A program made the translations under genes and the position numbers. The notes beneath the pieces are model-generated. The model was given only the letters and a program-made list of their open reading frames with translations, ran no database searches and was not told the origin of the DNA. Of a stretch of DNA of 64,000 nt, positions 35,746 through 46,249 are shown in pieces. Location: NCBI RefSeq assembly GCF_964204645.1, contig NC_134027.1, positions 19,926,560-19,990,559 on the forward strand, written 5' to 3'. The number at the start of each line of letters is the position of its first letter. Positions within the stretch are counted from its first letter, which is position 1. The stretch comes from Tubulanus polymorphus. Taxonomy: Eukaryota; Animalia; Nemertea.

Positions 35746-36541
35746 TATTTTGGAACTGTATACTGCTCGATTAGACTGTCTTAAATATATTGGGAAATTG
35801 ATTCAAATTGAAATATGTCGATTCAGATGCCTCATCAATGATTCTTTATATATAAGGAAAGCTATTATTCATTCATTTAGAGACGAAGCTATTCAAAGGA
35901 AAAGTTCATTGTCGACACAAATCAAAAATCAATTCTCTAAAACCCCCGAAATACAATATTCAAATTTGTGTAGAAGCCTATTGTGTAAAATGATGACGTA
36001 CCTAAATAAAAAGTCAATCTTGACAATCAATTCAAAAAATGCACTTAGTTTGACTCGAGAAAAACGGATAGTGTCAATAAGAGAATGCTTTCCACGCATT
36101 AACGATCATATAAAGCAGCTTATAGAATAACAAACATGTTACAAACGCTTCTACAATATAATTTGAAACTTTTAGTTTTCTGGTAGAAAAAAATTGTTTA
36201 GTAAGGCCCGAATCAAACACCATATCGTTTACGTTAACGTAATGATTTACATAAATATTTGAAATATCCAAAATCAACATATCAGGTTGCCTAATTTTGA
36301 GTCAGATGGTTATTTATTGGAATTTCTACACCGGCTATTACAGGTGCATTCATTGTCTCATTAAGATCAATATACTGTACGTATGTAAAAATATTAGCTA
36401 TTGACAAAACGGTCCATGCTGTGATAATACAGAAAAGCTTACAGTTCACTCAACGTTTCGACTACGAGTAGCCATCTTCAGGAATAGTGGGATTGTCTAC
36501 ATGTAAAATGTACGGCATAGTAACAAACCTGAGAATATATC

Positions 36542-36807
36542 AGTAATAGGGATAATAGGCTTTCAAGCCAAAGGTCGAACGGTCGAGCTCGTAAAAAATG
36601 AAAAACATAAAAATAATTACAATTTCTACTTGAATTACTCACGAAACTCATAAAAATGAAAAATAAATTCTCACACGCTCGAATTTATTTTTCATTTTTA
36701 TGAGTTTCACTCCTAATTCAAGTAGAAATTGTAATTATTTTTGTTTTTTCATTTTTACTCACCCGCCCGTTCAACCTTTAGCTTGAAAGCCTATTATCCC
36801 TATTACT
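36542..36807. repeat. 266-bp imperfect palindrome forming the outer part of the P2 left TIR
   Basis: AGTAATAGGGATAATAGGCTTTCAAGC...GCTTGAAAGCCTATTATCCCTATTACT with a loop of about 10 nt near 36670-36680. Confidence 0.93.
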
Positions 36808-36887
36808 CTTAAAATATTCATATAAATGAATAACATTTAAATCATTGAACTTCTAAAATCAATTTTAATAAAAAATATAGTATTAAA

Positions 36888-37160
36888 ATGGAAGCAAATA
36901 AGTACTACTGCCCAACATGTAATATCGATATAGATAAATCCCAAAAAGCAAGACACAATAAAACTAGAACACATTTAGAGAATAAATTGAAACTAGAATA
37001 TTTACAGTTATATTCAGAACAGTTAACAAAAGGAAAGAAATTTATTGAATTATGGAACACTGATCCAAATAATGAACAATACGTTGAGGATACGATGTTT
37101 ATACTAGAAAATGATTCTATTTTAGCCTATATACATTCAATGTACAGAGCTATAGAATAA
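36888..37160 (+). CDS. 90-aa chimeric ORF: pPolB N-terminal zinc finger (TIR copy) plus HNH-protein C-terminal tail
   Basis: First 38 aa match the pPolB start; LQLYSEQLTK..KFIELWN...NEQYVE matches the end of the HNH ORF. Confidence 0.5.
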   Translation: MEANKYYCPTCNIDIDKSQKARHNKTRTHLENKLKLEYLQLYSEQLTKGKKFIELWNTDPNNEQYVEDTMFILENDSILAYIHSMYRAIE

Positions 37161-37819
37161 ATCTATAAATTCACAGCTGTTACAGTTGTTACTATAACGA
37201 CGAGACATTATGACACATCATAATCAGAAACGTGTAGAATATTCTAGAAAAGGCGCGCCGGAACTAGATGACGTGGCATAATCAACGACGTGTTCATTCT
37301 AGAAATCGCCCCGGAAATGGACATACGCTGTAATATTGTGCTCAGGATATTCTATCTTTCGAAACGAAATTAGGAGTTAATAGTATACAATTATAAATCT
37401 AAATGTAAGTACTGTTTGTTGTAGTTATTAAGACTATTAAATATGAAACCTTTAGATATATTTAAGTGTATTTAGTATATCTTTTAGATAGCTAGAGTTA
37501 CCGCTAATATCTTTTAGATTAATAAAACGCCATACGCATCAAGAAGCGATAGAGAAACTCAAGATACTCTTTCTGACTGAGGAATCAACAGCAATGGATA
37601 TCAAACCAATAGAAACACCAAAAGATCGATGAAGAAACTATATAAGAATTTCAAAAACATTGAGACTCCAATGATTAAGTTTAACATTTGTTAATGTAGT
37701 TAAATATTTACCAGCAATTGAAAAAATGTTTGTAATTATAAATTGTATTTATAGAAATCAAATGATGTATTAGAAGAAATGACTGAACAACTTGTATAAT
37801 GTATTGTGTAAATCTGATT

Positions 37820-38460
37820 TGTGAATTTTTATGTTCGGTCGTTTCTATTATGTTTAACACATACGCATTAAGCAAAACCGGCCATAAATGGCCGCATGTG
37901 ACACATGTTACGCATGTGACGAGAACATGAATGCGTTCGAATTTTCTATGTTCAGTTGTTTCTATTTTACAGAATTTATAGAATGAATATATAATTATGA
38001 TTAACACATGTGCATTAAGCAAAACCGGCCATAAATGGCCGCATGTGACTGACACATGTAACGCATGTGACGAGGGACATGAATGCGTTCGAATTTTCTA
38101 TGTTCAGTTGTTTCTATTTTACAGAATTTATAGAATGAATATACAATTATGATTAGCGCATGCGTATTGATCAAAACCGGCCATAAATGGCCGCATGTGA
38201 CTGACACATGTAACGCATGTGACGAGGGATATGAATGCGTTTGAATTTTCTATGTTCAGTTGTTTCTATTTTACAGAATTTATAGAATGAATATATAATT
38301 ATGATTAACACATGTGCATTAAGCAAAACCGGCCATAAATGGCCGCATGTGACACATGTAACGCATGTGTTGTTTCTATTTTACAGAATTTATAGAATGA
38401 ATATATAATTATGTTTAACGCATGCGCATTAAGCAAAACCGGCCACAAATGGCCGGCCGC
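37820..38460. repeat. Five 110-153 bp tandem units with palindromic core CGGCCATAAATGGCCG
   Basis: Cores near 37875, 38022, 38175, 38326 and 38436. Confidence 0.9.
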
Positions 38461-38595
38461 TTGTATGATTTAGATATCAAGGAATCGAAACAACTTATCA
38501 AAAGCAACGAAGAATGAAAAAGGATGACGTTGGTCGAAGAAATGGAAGAGGATTCTAAAATATTAACCAATTTAGTAAAAAAATACGTATAATAA

Positions 38596-39399
38596 ATGGA
38601 ACCAGAACAATCACAAGCTATAAATATAAACAATAATAGTGTAATAAATATATATCAGAAGACATGTTATAAGTGTAAAATAAATAAGCCATTTACAGAA
38701 TTTAATAAACATAAAAAAACTAAAGATGGTAAAAGTTGTTATTGCAAAACTTGTAATAAACTATATAATAAACAATATCAAGCAAATACTCCAGAAAAAT
38801 CTAAAGAAAAAGATAAACAATGGAGAGAAAATAATCCCGAAAAGTGGAAAGTTTATATGAGAGAATGGAGAGAAAATCACCCAGAATATATGAGAGAATG
38901 GAGAGAAAATCACCCAGAATATATGAGAGAATGGAGGGAAAATAATAGAGAGAATATTAACAATTATCAAAATGAAAAATATCAAACAGATCTTAATTTT
39001 AGATTGAAACAATGCTTAAGATCTAGATTAACACAATTATTCAGTAAAGACAGTCACTCATACACATTATCTAATTTACTAGATTGTTCGGATGAATTCT
39101 TCAAATCATGGATAATATTTCAATTCGATGATAAAATGAATATAAATAATTATGGCAATTATTTTCATATTGATCATGTGTTACCAATATCTAAATTTGA
39201 CATGAATGATGAATACAATCAGAAGTTAATATGGAATTGGAAGAATCTAAGACCTCTTGAAAAGAAAGAAAATAAAATAAAATTTAATAAAATAGATTTA
39301 CAGTTATATTTGAATCAACTGGAAAAAGTAAAAAAATTTATTGAATTATGGAATTCAACACATAATGAACAATACGTTGAGTCTTTAATGAGTGGTTAA
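38596..39399 (+). CDS. HNH endonuclease-like protein with N-terminal zinc finger and EYMREWRENHP repeats
   Basis: CYKC...CKTC; HIDHVLP...NLRPL...EN. Confidence 0.85.
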   Translation: MEPEQSQAININNNSVINIYQKTCYKCKINKPFTEFNKHKKTKDGKSCYCKTCNKLYNKQYQANTPEKSKEKDKQWRENNPEKWKVYMREWRENHPEYMREWRENHPEYMREWRENNRENINNYQNEKYQTDLNFRLKQCLRSRLTQLFSKDSHSYTLSNLLDCSDEFFKSWIIFQFDDKMNINNYGNYFHIDHVLPISKFDMNDEYNQKLIWNWKNLRPLEKKENKIKFNKIDLQLYLNQLEKVKKFIELWNSTHNEQYVESLMSG

Positions 39400-39648
39400 A
39401 GAATAATAGATTTTAAATAAAAAGTATTTAAAAAACAATAACTTCAACTAGCTAGCGAATTCTATTATATTTTTAATATTTTCTTTTCAAAAAGAGAATA
39501 CTTTATATTTTGAATAGATCCGAATAGAAATTCTTTAAATTCAAATAGCTAGTATCAGTAGTCAATAATAGAATTCTTTAGCTTTAACTATCTAGTATCA
39601 TTTGAAGAATACTTATAATACTATTCTTATTAAATTTCTCTAATATAA

Positions 39649-40251
39649 ATGTCAAAGAAATCTAATAAGAATAATATTGATATTGAAAATACATTAGATG
39701 ATTTAGGTATTAGTGATAATAAAGATACAGTTGTTTCTAATTCTATTCAAGTTAACAACAATATAGATTATGAATACTATTTATATTGTAAGCATCATCT
39801 TGAATTATTAATTGCTGGCGGGAAATCTAAGGAGTTTTTAAATAGAATCATTACTTTTCAAGAACTAGATGCTATGAAACCCGATCAAGTAATAAAATAT
39901 TTTAAGATTTATGAAGAGTCAAGATTAGCTAGAATAAATGATTCTATTTCTAATGGTATTGTCAAATGTTATTCAAAATTATGTAACCAGTTAATACCAA
40001 TTGATGATGAAAATAAATTATATAATGATTTGAAAAATGACTATTTAGTTATGACTGAATTACAAAAATGGGTCGGTTATGCTTCATTTCAATTAGGATC
40101 GGTTATGACATTAATTTCTACTGGCGTCATAACATTTTCGAACATCAAACCTATGGAATATAAATCAGGTAAGAACGAAACAGATGTACTACAACCAAAC
40201 GTCGAAACAGAAAATGAATCAGAACAAAAATTAACTAAAATAAATGAGTGA
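39649..40251 (+). CDS. Conserved hypothetical Polinton protein, 200 aa
   Basis: Three homologs in the window. Confidence 0.85.
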   Translation: MSKKSNKNNIDIENTLDDLGISDNKDTVVSNSIQVNNNIDYEYYLYCKHHLELLIAGGKSKEFLNRIITFQELDAMKPDQVIKYFKIYEESRLARINDSISNGIVKCYSKLCNQLIPIDDENKLYNDLKNDYLVMTELQKWVGYASFQLGSVMTLISTGVITFSNIKPMEYKSGKNETDVLQPNVETENESEQKLTKINE

Positions 40252-40639
40252 TGGAGTTAAGAAAAAGGCTAGATCCGAGAAACAAATTAAATGGGCAAGA
40301 GAATTAGGTAAAAGATCATCAGAATTAAAAAAAGCTAAGAAAAAGAAATTAACTGATATAAATGAATCACAGAAATTATCTGATGGTGCCGTACGGCACC
40401 CACACGGTGGTATTGATTCAAATAATAATCCATCTAATTCTTCTAATAGTGGAAGAAATAATTACTTATATATTACAATTGGGTTAATCACAATTATTAT
40501 ATTCTCCAGTGTAATATATAAATCAAAATTCAATTCTGATGATAAAGATGATCGGAAACTTAGTTATCCATGTACAGACAATAAACCACCAGAAAATAAA
40601 TCAAATGAAAATAAATCTAAAATATTATTAATGGATTAA
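40244..40639 (+). CDS. 131-aa basic single-TM protein
   Basis: Homologs in P1 and P3; TM YLYITIGLITIIIFSSVIY. Confidence 0.8.
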   Translation: MSDGVKKKARSEKQIKWARELGKRSSELKKAKKKKLTDINESQKLSDGAVRHPHGGIDSNNNPSNSSNSGRNNYLYITIGLITIIIFSSVIYKSKFNSDDKDDRKLSYPCTDNKPPENKSNENKSKILLMD

Positions 40640-40642
40640 AAT

Positions 40643-41758
40643 ATGATGAAAAAAGAACAATATTTAAGAGATTTATATTACAACCCAGAAAGTGAAGTTT
40701 CATATTCAAGTGTTTCGGAATTATGGGATAAAATTAAATCTGATAAAGAAAATGGTGCCGTATGGCACCCACATGGTGCCATAAAATATAGTGAATTAAA
40801 ATCATGGTTACAAAATCAACCCACATATCAAATTCATAAAAAGATGGATAAAAAATATTTAACAAGAAAAGTAATGGTTTCATATATTGACCAACAATGG
40901 CAAGCTGATTTAATTGATATGAAAAACTTAGAAGAATATAACAAAGGATATTTCTGGATACTAAATGTTATAGATATATTCAGTAGATACGCATGGAGTA
41001 TCCCGATTAAAAATAAAACTGGTATAGAAGTTACAAATTCTTTCAAATTAATATTTAAAGAAGCTATCCCAGATAAAATACAATTTGATGAAGGTAAGGA
41101 ATTTTATAACAAACATTTTAAAAAACTATTATCTGATAACGATGTAGATTATTTTTCAACACACTCAGATAAAAAAGCATCTATTATAGAAAGATTTAAT
41201 AAAACATTGAAAACTAGAATGTGGAAATATTTCACCGCTAATGAAACATATAAATATATCGATGTGTTAGATGATTTAGTTAAAGGTTATAATAATTCTA
41301 AACATAGTTCTATAAATATGAAACCTATACAAGCTAGAAAAGAAGAAAATTCAGAAATAGTTTGGAATAATTTATATGGAGCATTTGCTACACATGATTT
41401 TGGAGAACCTAAATTTAAAATAGGACAACATGTTAGAATTTCTAAATATCGAAAAACATTTTATAAAGGTTATACCCCTAATTTTACTGAAGAAATATTT
41501 AAAATTAAAAAGATAATATTAACTAAACCATTTGTTTATAAATTGTTTGATTTAAAAGATGAAGAAATATTAGGTTATTTTTATGAACAAGAATTATCAT
41601 TAGTACCAAATCCAGATGAAATAGAATACAAAATAGAAAAGGTATTAAAAACTAAAACATTACGCGGTAAGAAATATTCTCTGGTGAAATATAAAGGATA
41701 TGATGATAAATTTAATGAATGGATTTTATCTAGTAAAATTAAAAGAATAAATGAATAA
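40643..41758 (+). CDS. rve integrase with C-terminal chromodomain, intact, 371 aa
   Basis: QWQADLID, IQFDEGKEF, IIERFNKT (DDE); YKIEKVL...LVKYKGY...NEW. Confidence 0.96.
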   Translation: MMKKEQYLRDLYYNPESEVSYSSVSELWDKIKSDKENGAVWHPHGAIKYSELKSWLQNQPTYQIHKKMDKKYLTRKVMVSYIDQQWQADLIDMKNLEEYNKGYFWILNVIDIFSRYAWSIPIKNKTGIEVTNSFKLIFKEAIPDKIQFDEGKEFYNKHFKKLLSDNDVDYFSTHSDKKASIIERFNKTLKTRMWKYFTANETYKYIDVLDDLVKGYNNSKHSSINMKPIQARKEENSEIVWNNLYGAFATHDFGEPKFKIGQHVRISKYRKTFYKGYTPNFTEEIFKIKKIILTKPFVYKLFDLKDEEILGYFYEQELSLVPNPDEIEYKIEKVLKTKTLRGKKYSLVKYKGYDDKFNEWILSSKIKRINE

Positions 41759-42365
41759 AGATTTGTTTATATTTGAACCACATAATATGTTAGTTACTGG
41801 AGTTACAAATTGTGGTAAAACACACTTCATATTATATTTATTAGAAACTATTTATAAAAATCATTTTGATAATATAATATCATTCTGCCCAACTTATGAA
41901 ATGAATGAAACGTATAATAGAGATATAGTTTTTAAAGATAAAAAGTTTATTATATTAAATTCTAAAACAGTAAAAGAAAATTTAGATAATTGTATAAAAA
42001 TTGCATTAGATATTTATAAAGGATCTAATACATTATTTATTATCGATGATTGCGCAAATTTACATGATTCAAAAGTTAGAGAAAGTGAGTTATGTTATTT
42101 AGCTTTCTCTGGTAGACATTTTGGGATAACAACATGGGTTTTAAATCAGAAATATAATTCAATTGTGAAAGATTTTAGAGAGAATATAAGATTTCTAGTT
42201 TTATTCTACAACAAAGATAGAAAATCTATGCAACAATCATTGGAAGAAAATCAAATTATACCTACTGAAAAACATGATGAATATATGAATAAATTAAGAA
42301 ATAATAAAGGTTCCAAATTACTTATGAGATTACAATTTCCATATGAATATAAATTTATAAAATAA
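41751..42365 (+). CDS. DNA packaging ATPase
   Basis: GVTNCGKT, FIIDD, SGRHFGI. Confidence 0.93.
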   Translation: MNKDLFIFEPHNMLVTGVTNCGKTHFILYLLETIYKNHFDNIISFCPTYEMNETYNRDIVFKDKKFIILNSKTVKENLDNCIKIALDIYKGSNTLFIIDDCANLHDSKVRESELCYLAFSGRHFGITTWVLNQKYNSIVKDFRENIRFLVLFYNKDRKSMQQSLEENQIIPTEKHDEYMNKLRNNKGSKLLMRLQFPYEYKFIK

Positions 42366-42374
42366 CTATTTGTA

Positions 42375-42480
42375 TACCTATGTATTAGATACCCTAATAA
42401 CTTATACCCCATTAGATACCCTAATACCTGAAACCCTAATACCTGATACCCTATTAGATACCTTAAATACTTAAAACCCC
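42375..42480. repeat. Short ATACC(C)T micro-repeats between convergent genes
   Basis: Repeated TAGATACCCTAATA and TACCTGA. Confidence 0.55.
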
Positions 42481-42551
42481 CTTTTTTATTTACTATTACT
42501 TTATACAATTTTCAACTAATATTATTATTTTAGTTAAATATAATTAATATC

Positions 42552-43454
42552 TTAATCACTTTCACTATTATATCCTAACAATTTTCTCAAATTATCTACC
42601 GAATTTTCTTTTTCAAATTCTTCATTATTTTTATACTCATTCTTCATCTTTTTTACCGCATCATCAATAGTTGTTTCATTTTTAAACTTATTCATCCAAT
42701 CAAATTTATTATTATTTTCTACTTTAAGTTTTATAGAATCTTTATTATCAATATGCTTATCTGTAACTATATCACCATGTGGGCGTATGGCGGCACCATT
42801 TTCATTATCATCTTTATTAGTGTTTGCTCCTAATATTTCATTTACAATATTTGATCCTAATATTTCATTAGCATCGGTTAAATCTAATTCATCTCTATTA
42901 GGTGTTGCTAATAAAAAATCTTCATATAATTCTTTACCATTTACTTTTTGATTTGAAACAAACTTCGTAACATATCTAAATGGGTGTTCTATAAATTATC
43001 TTAAACCAACACGTTCTATAACATTAGTAATATGTGAATTTGTATTCATATGTTTATTCCAATTTGATGGAGCGTTTGAAAATTCACCATTACAATAACC
43101 ACAATAATTTCTATTTTCACTAACATCTAATATTATTGCATTATTAGATGTAGTAGGTATTACATTATTAGATGTAGTAGGTATTACTGTAGTAGGTATT
43201 ACAGATGTAGTAGTAGGTATTACAGATGTAGTAGTAGGTATTACAGGTGTAGTAGGTATTACATTATTATCAATTACACTATTATCAACAACACCACTTT
43301 TATTATTATCGATTTCTATCAGTTTAGTTTTATAATTTTTAAAAATAGGATCAAATATCAAAGCTATATTACAAGGTATTACATAATATAAACCATCATT
43401 ATTTTCATGTGTATCGATGTATGGAATATGTTTATATACTTTACCTCCTTCCAT
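42552..43454 (-). pseudogene. About 300-aa hypothetical protein (VIPTT repeats, CGYC...H...H finger) with in-frame TAA at 42996-42998
   Basis: The frame continues past the stop (VGLR*FIEHPFRYVTKF...) to TAA at 42552. Confidence 0.7.
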
Positions 43455-43486
43455 TTATTATATATATTTTTATTAAAGTTAAAATT

Positions 43487-44734
43487 TTAATACATAACAC
43501 TATCTAATTGTGAATTTACAATATTTAATTGCGCGTCAGATATAATATAAATGTGCATTTTAAAATTTTTGATTCCTTTATTCTTTGTCATGAATAATTG
43601 TATTCCATCTTTAGTGTTCTGTAGTTTTTTTCCAGAACCATGTAATGAATTATCTTCAGTTGTTCTAAAATCTAACCATAATGCATATTTATTACCGGTA
43701 TAATAATCAATTTGATTAATATTACAATCTTCAGATGATTTTATTTTTTCATTCATAAAATGTTTTTTAATTTCTACCCATTGATCAATCATTCTCATTC
43801 CTTGACAGAATATTTTATTCGCTATTCCTTCGATAGTTATTTCTACTTTTGTTATTTCAGGATTATAATAATTATCAAAATTTATTGCACCATTAGTATA
43901 CGTTCCAATGGTAAAAAATATTAATATACCTTTAATAGATCTTCTAGGAAAGTTAATATTCTCATTAATTATTTCATCATTTGCATTAATAGTTACAGTT
44001 TTAAATTTATCAATATAATCATATAATAATGAAAACCCTTGATTGTATTGAGTTTGAATTATACTTGAAATATTTTCATCAGTTACTGTATCATATTCTA
44101 AACATATATTCGATAATTTATAACTCATATCTTTATTAACGCTAGATAATACAATTTCATTTACAGGAGCAAATGTTATCTCAAATATAATATCTTCTTG
44201 AATTGCGTATTTATATAAAGGTGCATTATTATTTATCAATTCAAAGTCTAATGGAATTTTATATTTGCTTCCATATATACTTTTTATCAATTTATCTACA
44301 TCATTAGTTAATATTGCGCTATTAGCTTCTGATCTTAATTTATTTTGGTTTTCTGATTGAATTCCTTGAAATATCATATTATTTCTATTTTCTTTAGTTA
44401 ACCATAAATCTTTATAATGTGAAAATAAATTATAATCATCTAATGAGAAAACTGTTTCTGGACCAATCTTTATTGTTAACTTTTTAATCAAATATCTTCC
44501 AACATTATCAACGACATAATTATTATTATTACCGATTACTTTTATATCAGCCGATAAATAAATACTATTTGGAACATAAAAAGTATTTTGTGTTAATCGA
44601 GGGATTCTAACGTATAAAGTTTCATCGGGATTAATATTTGAAGGGTTATGAGTAATTATATGATGTGATCTTTCTGCTTTAATAGCATTAGATATTCTAG
44701 AAATCTTAGAAGGACTTATATAACTTCCACTCAT
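43487..44734 (-). CDS. Putative major capsid protein (double jelly-roll expected), 415 aa
   Basis: Size, beta-strand-like alternation, strong conservation with P1 and position in the structural block. The fold is an inference. Confidence 0.7.
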   Translation of the reverse strand: MSGSYISPSKISRISNAIKAERSHHIITHNPSNINPDETLYVRIPRLTQNTFYVPNSIYLSADIKVIGNNNNYVVDNVGRYLIKKLTIKIGPETVFSLDDYNLFSHYKDLWLTKENRNNMIFQGIQSENQNKLRSEANSAILTNDVDKLIKSIYGSKYKIPLDFELINNNAPLYKYAIQEDIIFEITFAPVNEIVLSSVNKDMSYKLSNICLEYDTVTDENISSIIQTQYNQGFSLLYDYIDKFKTVTINANDEIINENINFPRRSIKGILIFFTIGTYTNGAINFDNYYNPEITKVEITIEGIANKIFCQGMRMIDQWVEIKKHFMNEKIKSSEDCNINQIDYYTGNKYALWLDFRTTEDNSLHGSGKKLQNTKDGIQLFMTKNKGIKNFKMHIYIISDAQLNIVNSQLDSVMY

Positions 44735-44758
44735 TTATTTAACAAAAAAATTAATTAT

Positions 44759-46249
44759 TTATTTTTTGATATCATGGTTTACTTGATATTTTTTGATTAT
44801 GTTTACTAAACCAAAAATAATAGCACTTACAACTGTAATTAAAAATAAAATAATATGTTCAGCAGCAAAGTTAATAATGTTTCCTGCAGATTTCAATATA
44901 AAACCAACAGTTGATGCAATAACTCCTGGTAATGCTGCAGCAGATTTTTTAGATAGTTCCCATAAATATTTTGCTAATTTCTTTAAACCATCCTTAACTT
45001 TATCTTGTATAGAATTATTACCGGGAGGTTTATCTGGTTTATTGGGAGTGGGAGTAGGAGTAGATTTCAAAGCATTTGATATTGCTAAACCAATTGTTGT
45101 AAATAACATAGTTACAGCTGTTAGAATTGAAAGAACTGTTATTCCTTCAAACTTAAATAATAATTTTATTCTATCTTTTAGTGATATGTCAGAATTTGGT
45201 TTTAGTATTAACTCTTTAACAACAACTTTTAATCTATTAATACAATAATCATATGATTTTAATAATAATTTCATTTTTTCTTTCTGAAATTCTATGTTAT
45301 ATTCTAAATCATCAATTTCTTTTTCTAAATATGCATTTCTTTTTTTAAATTCAATTTCTTCAATAACTTTAAATTCTCTATCTAATTTTAATTGTTCTAA
45401 TTCTTTTCTGGTGTCAAATAATTTATTTTCTAAAGGTTTAATTTTATTATATCTAATATGTTTTTCGCGAGCAATTTTATCGGCATCATTTCGTATACTT
45501 ATTATTTCTCTAATTGTTTTTTTAGAAAACATACTTAAAGCTTCTATTTTTTTATCTGTTGCATCAAGTAATCCATTCGGTAAAAGTTTTTCAGTTTGAA
45601 CTTCAGTGTTTGATTTAAGTTTACTAGTTTTGGAAGTTTTATTCTGTTCAGAAGTTGTTTCTGTTTCTGGATTATCTTTGATTGTTTCAAATAATTTATT
45701 AATTCTTTGTTTAAATACTCTTTCATTTTTAATAATTTCTTCTTGTGTTGCATCTTCTATTTCATTACTATTACTTATTCTTTTAATTCTAGATAGTAAT
45801 GAGTCAGACTTAAGCAAAGTTGATTTTGCTAATATTTTTTCTCCTTTTTTATAAGAGATATCAATATAATAATCATCTTTCAAATGATAATAATATTCAC
45901 CATCTAAAGCTTTTAATTCTTTTACTAAAAGTCTGGCGCCTCTGGTATTTATATTATATCCAGAATCTTTAAATACATGTTGAAAATCATACATAAATTC
46001 AATATTTTCTAAATTTTGTCTTGATAAACCTTGATTTTCATTTTCAGGATTTATTCTCGATCTAGTTCTTCTATCAAATTCATCTGTTGATGGGGCTTTA
46101 GAACCACTATCTGCTAAATTAGAATTATATGCTGATTCATCATCATTATCAATATTAGTTTCTGCATCATTATAATCATCATCAATATATCCTTCATTAT
46201 TATTTCCCATTTCTCCCATTTCATAATCTTCTCCACCTTCTACATCCAT
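44759..46249 (-). CDS. 496-aa acidic/coiled-coil protein with C-terminal hydrophobic and amphipathic helices
   Basis: Long ORF with TAAATG start; homolog in P1. Confidence 0.85.
   Translation of the reverse strand: MDVEGGEDYEMGEMGNNNEGYIDDDYNDAETNIDNDDESAYNSNLADSGSKAPSTDEFDRRTRSRINPENENQGLSRQNLENIEFMYDFQHVFKDSGYNINTRGARLLVKELKALDGEYYYHLKDDYYIDISYKKGEKILAKSTLLKSDSLLSRIKRISNSNEIEDATQEEIIKNERVFKQRINKLFETIKDNPETETTSEQNKTSKTSKLKSNTEVQTEKLLPNGLLDATDKKIEALSMFSKKTIREIISIRNDADKIAREKHIRYNKIKPLENKLFDTRKELEQLKLDREFKVIEEIEFKKRNAYLEKEIDDLEYNIEFQKEKMKLLLKSYDYCINRLKVVVKELILKPNSDISLKDRIKLLFKFEGITVLSILTAVTMLFTTIGLAISNALKSTPTPTPNKPDKPPGNNSIQDKVKDGLKKLAKYLWELSKKSAAALPGVIASTVGFILKSAGNIINFAAEHIILFLITVVSAIIFGLVNIIKKYQVNHDIKK

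Noticed and set aside
37708-38633. Repeated minus-strand ORFs MSVTCGHLWPV
   Set aside because: By-products of the roughly 150-bp tandem repeats.
7914-45248. Antisense ORFs 7914-8375 and 44793-45248 conserved in P1 and P2
   Set aside because: Shadows of the hydrophobic sense-strand coding region, without the TAAATG start.
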